Below, piece after piece: positions 49,982 through 59,323 of a DNA stretch of 64,000 nucleotides. How positions within the stretch are numbered: the first letter of the stretch is position 1; each line of letters begins with the position of its first letter. The translations under genes were made by a program, and so were the position numbers. The notes beneath the pieces were generated by a model. It made no database searches and was not told the DNA's origin. It worked only from the letters and a program-made list of their open reading frames with translations. The stretch is taken from contig LSRY02000003.1 of assembly GCA_001643675.2 (NCBI GenBank), positions 2,170,001 through 2,234,000 on the forward strand. The letters are read 5' to 3'. The DNA is from Monocercomonoides exilis PA203. Its lineage: Eukaryota > Protista > Preaxostyla.

Positions 49982-52036
49982 TCAGTGATTTTTTGTATCA
50001 ACCGCGCTGAAAGAAAGTGTTTGAGTGGGAACAAATGCTGAGGTGAGGAGGGTGAGAGAGGCGTCTTGGGGATCTGTCATGCGAACAAGAGCGAATTCTA
50101 TTGTTTTGCATGGACTGAGTTGTGTGATTCCGCAGAGATCGGTGTTTGCTCCATTATTTGACACGATTTTGAATGTTGTTATGAGAGGAAGCCATCTGTT
50201 GAACTCAACATCATCAGCAGTTCCTTGATTCCACACTCTTTTTGATTCTGTTGTTGATCCACATTGATTGAATGGGGATTGGATGATGCTACTGCCATTG
50301 AAAAACACATCGTTTCCTCTGCCATTTTTGGCAGTGTTGCCATCGAAGAAGCAAAATGTGATGAATTTTATTCCATTCATCCAGGAATAAGTTGAATAGA
50401 AGAAAATGGCAGCGCCTCCATAATTAGTTGAAGTTGATATCAATTTGTTGTTTATGAACTGACATTCATCAATCAAAAATTGACTAGGTTTGTTACTTGG
50501 AGGATAACGAAATGTTAAGGAGCCAGCAGAATCGTTACCAGAATTTGAGATGCACTTGCATTTGATGAACAAGAATTGAGCACTTGTTGGTGTACTTCCC
50601 ATGTTAAAATACCAACCAGTTCCACACCAGTTTGTGATTGAGCAATTTTCCACTTTGTTTTCTGAGAATGAATAAACGGAATTTGACTGTGGAGTATATA
50701 TTACAACAGCACCTCCATGAACTGCTGAACAACTTGTGAAATTCGATTTTGTGATGCTGATTTGTAATAAATATTGACAGAATATTGCTCCTCCTTCACC
50801 ATTGCTTGATGTACATTTGTTGAATGAACAAGAAACTATTGTGAGATTTGCATTTGTGCAGTTAACATAAAGTGCACCACCCCAGGCACTTCCACCTTTT
50901 GAATCATTCCATTCGCACCATTCAAATTGATAGCTGTTCAAATCAGTAAATGGCAAACGACTTAATTCCTTTTTTTGAGTTTCGGATCCGTTATATCTTA
51001 CAACATCATTAGAGGAAGAACGTGTTTGGTGGAGAAAAGAAGCATTGAATGCAGAGAGAGAAGTGAATGGGTTGTTGAGGTTGGGGAGGATGGCGCCATC
51101 GATGGGGTTGTGAGTGTGGAGGAAGATGGTTGAGTGGATGGAGAGAGATGAGTGAAGGGAGAAAGAGGGGATTGTATTGAAGTTGATGTTGGTGGCTGTG
51201 GAAGAAGAGGAAGAAGTGGTTGAGAGGAAAGGATGGAGTGAGTGGGAGGGAAGGGATGGAAGAGATCGAGGGGATTGGGGAGAGGAGATGTTGGAGAAGA
51301 GGGTGTTTGAGAGATGGAGATTGAGATGGATTTGGAGGTGGGGATGGGATTGGTGATAGATATGGAAAGGGGAAGGGGAAGAGGAAATGGAAGGGGAAAG
51401 GGAAGGGGAAGAGAAAGAAAAAGAAGAGGATGGAGATGAGGATGAGAAAGATGAAGGAGAAGGGGAAAGAGATGGAGAAGGAGATGGAGAAGGGGAAGAG
51501 AGGGAAGAAGGAGAAAAAAGGAAGGGCTGGATGAGGGAGATGAAGGAGGAGAAAGAGGAGTGAGAGATGGAGAAGGAGGCAGGGATTGGGGAGTGGGCAT
51601 TATGGAGGAGATTGTTTGGGGTGGAGAAGAGGGGGAAGGAGAAGATGGCAGGTTGGTGGGTGGCGAGGGAGAAGTTTGTGAGGGCGATGGAGGCATGGGC
51701 AGAGAGGAAGAGGGGGCATTGTTGGTGGTGGTGGTTGTTGTTGAGTGAAGGCGGGTGGATGGTGCAAGTGGAGGAGCAGATGGATGCAGCAGAGTGGTGT
51801 TGGGCAGTGAGGAGTGGGCAACCAGCGAGGGGGATGATGTTGAGATGGGTCACACACAAGGAGGTGTTGATGAGGGCGAGGCTTGTCTGAGCACCACAGA
51901 TGTGATTTCCCGATGCATGTTCCACCTTGTGTGGGCGAGCGCCTCTGATGATGCTGTTTGCGATGTTCTCTTCATGAATGAGATTTATGGTGAGGAATGC
52001 GACGAGTATCTGAGCTAATAATGTGATCCTAATCAT
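49982..52036 (-). CDS. Beta-helix surface protein copy H: signal peptide, leader and variable module, ending at a frameshift
   Basis: MIRITLLAQILVAFLTINLIH. The leader is nearly the same as in copy A, the variable module differs, and the 3' end is identical to cassette F. Confidence 0.75.
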   Translation of the reverse strand: MIRITLLAQILVAFLTINLIHEENIANSIIRGARPHKVEHASGNHICGAQTSLALINTSLCVTHLNIIPLAGCPLLTAQHHSAASICSSTCTIHPPSLNNNHHHQQCPLFLSAHASIALTNFSLATHQPAIFSFPLFSTPNNLLHNAHSPIPASFSISHSSFSSFISLIQPFLFSPSSLSSPSPSPSPSLSPSPSSFSSSSPSSSFSFSSPSLSPSISSSPSPFHIYHQSHPHLQIHLNLHLSNTLFSNISSPQSPRSLPSLPSHSLHPFLSTTSSSSSTATNINFNTIPSFSLHSSLSIHSTIFLHTHNPIDGAILPNLNNPFTSLSAFNASFLHQTRSSSNDVVRYNGSETQKKELSRLPFTDLNSYQFEWCEWNDSKGGSAWGGALYVNCTNANLTIVSCSFNKCTSSNGEGGAIFCQYLLQISITKSNFTSCSAVHGGAVVIYTPQSNSVYSFSENKVENCSITNWCGTGWYFNMGSTPTSAQFLFIKCKCISNSGNDSAGSLTFRYPPSNKPSQFLIDECQFINNKLISTSTNYGGAAIFFYSTYSWMNGIKFITFCFFDGNTAKNGRGNDVFFNGSSIIQSPFNQCGSTTESKRVWNQGTADDVEFNRWLPLITTFKIVSNNGANTDLCGITQLSPCKTIEFALVRMTDPQDASLTLLTSAFVPTQTLSFSAVDTKNH

Positions 52037-53387
52037 TTTCAAACTGTGATGCAATTTGATTGGAATGAATATGAATGAAACCTTAATTGGTGGAGAGGGG
52101 AGAAATGCAATGTGAAGGGAAAATCGAAGAGGAAATCTTATGAATCGTTGATTATAATCTGAAATATCTGCTTTTGTGCATGTGGATATCAATATATGTC
52201 TTGTTTGCATTCGTTTCTCTCGTGTGCGCTCAATTTTTTATTCGGAAATTAAATAGATTTTTTTTTTTTGAAACAATTATTTTTCAGCTGAAGAATTGAC
52301 ATTGATGAATAACTTGATGATTTATTTTCATGAAAGATTTAATTTCGATTTTGCAGATAATGCCCCAACAATCTCCTCTATTAACTTGAGAAATGGTTGA
52401 AATGTATGTTATTGGAAATGGGGAAATCTGAAAAAAATATTAGCATCTCAAATAAATACACAATGTTTCGAATTACAACCAATGACTGACAAACAACAGT
52501 TGGTGATTTTAAAAAATATATATATTTTAATCAAAAAAACAATAATCCACCGAAACATTTTTTTTTCTTTTTCTAAAATACACAAATTTGATAATTAATC
52601 TGTGAAATACAAAATTCAACTTTGTTATTAATGAATACCAAAAAAAAGGAAAACAAGTGTGTGAGAAAAAAATAACATTTATAATGAATTATGAATAAAC
52701 GAACAACGAAATGCATTTGTGGTGCTTCAAATATCTGAGGAGCTTTCGAAACAGTTGAGTCTATTATCACACATATTATTATTCAAAAGTGATTTTCTCA
52801 AAAAATCTTATTAGAATTTCTTTTATGAATAAATTTTCTGAGAAAATCAGTTTTGTTTTGGTTGAATGTCAGAAACGGAGTTTGATTTCATGCATTGATA
52901 ATACTCGTGAAATTGATGAAAATTTTAAGTTTCTTCTTCAATTTTTTAAAAAACAAACCTGAGAACAATATTTCTTTCAATAAACATTCACTTTTTCATC
53001 CCAAATGAAATTCTGAAATAAATGAGATAATTGGAGATTATTGGAGATTATTTTTGAAATCATAACTTTTTTCGATGTGAGTATTTTCACTTCAATAATT
53101 GTTCTTCATATTAATAATTCGATAACTGTTTTTTTACCTTTTAATAAATAAATTTGTTGAACTTATCTTTCAAAATTATTCAAACCCAGTATTTTTTTCA
53201 GAAAAATCACTTTGAAATGAATTGGTTTTTGGCTGAGTGTCAGAAAGTGATGAAAATTTTCATTCAGTCAATATTTGAAAAAAGGATGAGAAATTGAACC
53301 TCTGTTAATACTATTTGTCATTGAACAAGAAAATTTTTTATTTTTTAAAAAAAAATCATCATAAAGGAAATCGGATTATTTTCATAT

Positions 53388-54062
53388 GGGACAAAATATT
53401 TGACTTCATGCATTTTCATTGAAAAATTACGCATCTCAGATGATTTTTTTGTGATCAAAATTTTTTGAAATAAATAGGTTTATTCTTTGAAATACGTTTA
53501 AGGCAGCTAAACATAATGTTATTATATCAATGATGTTTATTTTCAAATGTGAAAATGAAATTTATTTTGAAATCTGAGAAATGGAAATAAAGTTATGAGT
53601 GAAGCAATTTTTCAATGTCTTGTGCAAAAAAAGCAAGAAAGTTCGTTTATTCCAGCATATGAGAGATTATTTTTGAAATCATAACTTTTTTCCGGGATGT
53701 TGATTTTTCAAAGTTTGTTTGTCTTTGGGAAGTGATTTTGAATTCAAATGATAAATTCATTTCAACTGTTTAAAAAACAAATGTTTTAACCAAATGAGAG
53801 AAAATACTATCTTTCAAGCTTTTTTTTGCAAAAAGCACAAATTAATTGTTTCGCTCATAACTTTATTTCCTTTTCTTTGATTTCAAAATAAATTTGATTT
53901 TCATATCCGAAAGCAGGCATTGTTGGAATCATAACATTAAGTTTTTCAAGATTCACGAATGTCAAAAAATGGAATCATTTTTATTGTGTTTTTTGTTCTC
54001 AAAAAGTCAATGAAAAGTGTATAACCCTTCAATAAAAAAGCCTGTAGCACAATATTTTGCCC
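53388..54062. mobile_element. Degenerate long foldback element
   Basis: GGGACAAAATATT..AATATTTTGCCC termini. Internal mirrors: AAATTTATTTTGAAATC / GATTTCAAAATAAATTT and GGAAATAAAGTTATGAG / CTCATAACTTTATTTCC. Confidence 0.65.
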
Positions 54063-54715
54063 TAAATCAATATACAAACAAAAAATATTTTGTTAATGAA
54101 AATTTGAATTTTTATTTCATTTTCTCAAATAACAAATATCAAGAAAAATTAGTTGAACACGATTATAACATCTTAAGAAAAGCTAAATTATAACAACTTT
54201 CACAAAATTATAGAAAAATTAGGGTTGCAATGTTCTCTCTTTCAAAAAGATAATTCAAAATGAAAAGAATTATTTTTGGAATATGTATTTTCAACATACA
54301 GAATTATTTGTATTCTGTCACCAATTATAAATAATGAACTTTTATATTGATTTATTTATATATTCATTTTTTTTAAAAGTGTTTTTCACATAATTTCTCA
54401 AACATTTTAATTCTTTTGAACATTTGTTTATTGGAAAGTCTTTTATTATTTTGTTTGATTTTTGAAAATAAGGGATTCAATTTAAAAAAAAACTTCAACA
54501 AAAAAATAGATTAATGAATTTCTTTGACTGCGCTCATGACGTACGTCTATTTTTTTGTATTTATAAAATGCATCCATATTTCAACATGCGCTAGCCATCC
54601 AAAAAGAAATGAGGAAAGTTTGAATTTTCATTTTTAAAATTTTTTTAAACAAAATATTTGATTGTAAAATTTAAAGAACAATTTGAACAATTCGAACACA
54701 AAAATTAAAGAAAAC

Positions 54716-57700
54716 TCAAGATATAGCAGCATTTTCAACAGCATCTGCAAACGAGGCATATATCCTCTTTCGCCTGCTCTGCTCAGAAAGCGCCTTCGCA
54801 TTTAGCGCTGTCCATTTCGGGATAACTGCACAAGGCGTATAGAAATCGGCTGGCGACATCGCAAGAATCGTGTGAGGTTGAGCTGTGCCAGATTCCTCAG
54901 AAGCAGCAGAAGTCGAAGATGTACGAAAGCTGCTCTGTTCTTGCTCCGCCATGGTGCGCGACTTGGCAATGCTTGCAGGACTTCGCGGGTCAAACACGAC
55001 TGTTCTCGGCGGCTCTCCAGTGCAGAGAAGTGAAGACCACGAAGACGACAGACAAGTCTGCTGGCTGCTGTGCTGTGTGGAGTGTTCGGGAAAGGCGTCC
55101 AGAAGGAACGATGCAGCCGCTGACTCACAAGGAGTGCGGGAAGACGACACCTGAGAAGCTTTTCGAGTTGAAGGGTTGGAGCGGAAGAAGTGCAGCCGAC
55201 GGGCAATGAGATGCTCGTTGGACAGACACTGTGTGAAATGGACATCTGGAACAGCCAAATGATACACACCCAACAACAGTGAATGAATTGAATAAATAAA
55301 TAATTTATATCAAACAAAAATCAATTATTGCCAAATTGAAATATTCATTTGATATATTTAACAAACAATTTTTCGAATAAACCATTTATTCACAAAAAGA
55401 AAAAATAAAATTGCAAACCTCTTTTCAATTCTTCGTCACTCTCAGGCACAATCGTCCATTTTCTGTGAACAGCCGCCAAGTCAGGCACATCCGGTGTCAC
55501 GTCATCCACTCCCGCGTCTGCTGCTGCCAGCACAATGTTCGCATCTTTCACTTCCTCAACATTCCCCATGTCTGCTCCATCAATCCCGCTCAGAGGTGCT
55601 GCCAGAAGCCCCACACCCATCTCTCCCTGCTTCTTGTCCCATCCATCTCTACCTCTACCTCCACTGCCTCCACCTCTTCCTTCTTGCACACCAACCTTCC
55701 CACTAAAATAGCTTCCGCTCGTTTGTGTCAGTGCTGATGATCCCATCGCAGAGAACACCGAACACATCGATGGCATCAGTCGCATACACTGCATCACCCT
55801 TGTCCAGCACTTATCATGCACAGCGGATGTGTGCAGCTCAACAATAGATGCAGATGGAAGCTGTTCCAACTCTTTCATCCTTTCTTTCCCTTCACCCACA
55901 AGAAACCCTCTTATCCCATCTTTCCTTGTCTTTCCTTTCCCCTCTGTCCTTCCTCCTCCTCCTGCCCAAGTTCCATTCTTCATTGATGCTCCTCCTTGCC
56001 CAGATAATGATCCAGACATTTGTGGTCCAAATTCCCATGAGCCATTCAATCCTCCGCCCATCCTATCTCCTCTTCTTCTTCCCTTCCCTCTCCTTCCCCA
56101 AACACTTCCGTCTGCTTCATTCTTCCCCATCATACCGGCCTTCAACAACTCCCTTCGTCTCTCTTCTCTCCCTCTCCCCAAAACCACCTCCACAATCTTC
56201 TCTCTTTCTCTCTCTCTTGCCTCCCTTCTTCCTTCTCCCCTTTCCTCCATCCAACCAATTCCCGCTAGCTGCCCACTCATCATCATCACTCCTCCCCACA
56301 TTCTTGTCGAAAGCATTCCCATTCCGAAACCCGACTGACCAAACCGACTCAAATTCTGAATCGATCCTCCAAGTGGAGCAGCATAGTTGCCAATCGCATC
56401 CCAAATGCTCCTATTCTCTCTTGCATTCCCATGCGACATCAAATGATCTGCTCCCCGCACTAAAAGCGCTGTCGATGATGGCCCACAGCCAGCCCCATCC
56501 CTTGCACCACATGGAGTCCCTGCCCACAGAACTGATGATTTCGTGAAAAGAGACCCTGGACGCGCAACATGAGGAATATCCGATGGAAGCACTTGTCCCT
56601 TTCTGCATTCCTCAAGACAATTCGCTGGAAGAAGCGTCAGCGCAAATGGAATTTCATTCCCCATCTTTGAAACAGCTGCTCCAATACTGCAAATCTGCTC
56701 CTTGTCATTTTCCTTTTCCTTTCCAATTTTTTCCTTCTTTGCTTTTTCTTTTTCCTCCTTCTCCTTCTCCCGTGTCTCCTCTTTCTTCGTACGCACCACT
56801 TGTCGAGTAATCTGCTCTGCTGGCGTGAAGATAGCTGACAGCCCCTGCGAGTTTGGCAGATCCACGGAAATTGCGCTGTTCACAAACGCCCCAGGTGATG
56901 GAGCTATCCGCGGCAGCATCTGCTGCTTCGACACCTGCCCTGCCTCCACCCCGAGAAACTTCGCACCAAACACAGAGAATGTGGATGCTGAGGCTGTGGA
57001 TGCTGTCGAGCCCGACACAACAGAAAGCGTAGATGTGGTCACCGGAAGAGCAAGCCCGCCAATCGACTGCCCCTTTTTCGACGAGACAGACGAGCCCACT
57101 TTCGGGAATGAAAACGGCACAATGTTCTCCAGCGAAAGCCCCCACCCAAAGTTCTCGATGCCTCCTGACAGCTGTTCCACATTCCCCCTGCCTTCTCCTC
57201 TCTCCCCTTCTTTTCCCTCCTCCCCGCTCTTCTTCCCGTTCATCCACCTCTGATGATCCTTCTCAATGAACCCCCGCACACTCTGCTTGTCTCCCCCTGC
57301 AGCGCTGATCATCCTGTACATCTTCTCTAGCCTCTTTGCACATCGCATTTGAACAATCACAGTGTTTGCTGCTCCTCTGAACCGCCGCAAAGCACTCTGC
57401 CGCAGCTGCCACGCACTCGACTGTGTCAGCTCAAACTCAGGTATTTCTGAAGGGTTGATAAAATCTGCAAACTTTGATTTTTGTTGTGTTGCTGATGAAG
57501 TGTTATTGTCTGCCTCTTCTGCATTAACTCTATTTCCATCCATTCCTTGTGATTCATAATCTGGCTGATTATTGTGCTTTGCTTGTGCTGGCACTTTCAC
57601 TTTTGTTTGCATCAGCTCTGACCTTAACAGCGCCTCCCAGTTCCTCCTCAGCATCTCCACAGGCACAGTTGGTATTTCACTGATATCTCCTGCATCTTTT

Positions 57701-58258
57701 CTGTTCAGCACTTCTCTTCTCTTCTCCGTCATCAGATTTATTGGATTCCCTTCTTCATCCACTCCATCTGCATTCTTCTTGCCTTTAAATGCTTCAATAC
57801 TTGCTCCATTCGCAATGAGCTTCCTCTTCTCCTCTTCCTCCTGCAGCCTCGCCTTCTCCTTCTCTTCCTCCTCTTTCTCTATCCCTTTCCACTCTCTCTC
57901 CACTTCTGTGGCTCTGCAGTTCCGCATCCTGTTCACAACGCCATTACGCTTCTCCTTCCTCAGTCTGTCGTGCAGTGCATAAAGAATCTCACTCGATGTG
58001 ATCATTTCTCTTCCAATCTCTGGCTCGTCCGTGAATGTCACATCCATCTGCTTTTGCCGCTGTTTTTCCTCATTCACAATTGATATGAACGCCATCTCGC
58101 TGATCTGCCTTTTCTCAGGCTGCGTAAACACAAGCGTCTCAAAGCGATCTTCAATGAAAAGAAATGGGAATAAATATGAACCAAAGAAAAATATATGAAT
58201 AAAAGGGAATTAAATATAAATTTCAAAAAATAAAGAACAAAAAAGACAATAAAAATTG

Positions 58259-58299
<41 letters not shown>

Positions 58300-59276
58300 G
58301 GTTTCCAACTCCAAACCTCTTAGGTCTTTCGAAGAAGCAGAATTTCCATTTCTCGAAGGAGAAAGCGACCTGCTTCTTCCTTTCCCTTTGGCTCTTCGTG
58401 TGTCCATTCCACACGCAATTCCCTGCAGCTTCCACTTCAACTCCATGTCTTCTTCATCTTCGCTATCCAACTCCTCTTCCCCTTCCTCATTCTCTTTCTC
58501 TTCGTTTCCCTTCTTGAAGCTCTCAAAATAGTCTGTGTTGCTGTCGTCAAAGCTTCGTGTCCTCTCTTTCGTGCTCAAGCCAAACTTCCTCAGTGTCCTT
58601 CCTCTTCTCCTCCCTCCATTCCTCTGTGTGCTGGCAAGCCCATACTCTCCCTCTGCTTTCGACTCAGCGATTCTTCTGTTCCTTTCTGATGCTCTTTTGT
58701 TCTTCTCTTCGATTGCACTGTGAAGATCTCTCACTCGCAGCTTCCCTTTCTCCTGCAGCAGCACATCTACTACACCGTGTGAAGTGTCTGATAATGAGAA
58801 AGAGAAGAGGAAGAAGAGGAGGAAGAAGAAGGTGAAGAAGAAGAAGATGATGATGAAGATGAAGATGAAGAAAAAGAAAAGGAAATGAGGAAGAAGATGA
58901 AGAAGAGGAAGCAAAGGGGAAAAGAAAAAATTATTGTTATTTTTTTTTTTAAAGAAAAAATAGAAACGTATATTTAAAAAAAGAGCGATGAACAAATAAC
59001 CAAAAAACATCTAACAAACTCAACTTCCCCAGATCGACCTGATAACCGTCCGTAGTTCTGTCGTGGAACTTCTGCAGCTTCTCCTTCCTTCTCATCCTCT
59101 CCTTCTCGTTCTTTTCTTGCTGCATTCGAATCTCATCTTCCGAGAGAACTGCGCCAGGCACGCCAGAAAGGGCAGCAGAGACGACAGAGGCAGCAGTCGG
59201 AGGGAAAGCAGAGAAGGAGCGTGTGGTGGAGGTGTGGTCGAAGTCAGAGGGGAGAGTGGAGGTGTAGCCCTGGTGA

Positions 59277-59323
<47 letters not shown>

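Noticed and set aside
20252-52036. Dscam-like mutually exclusive exon array
   Set aside because: The modules lie on both strands and lack consistent AG/GT borders. The CTGACAAGCAG acceptor-like site before B is not conserved before its paralogue C.
20053-52234. Diversity-generating retroelement (TR/VR pairs)
   Set aside because: No reverse transcriptase is present, and differences between copies are block-like and not adenine-specific.
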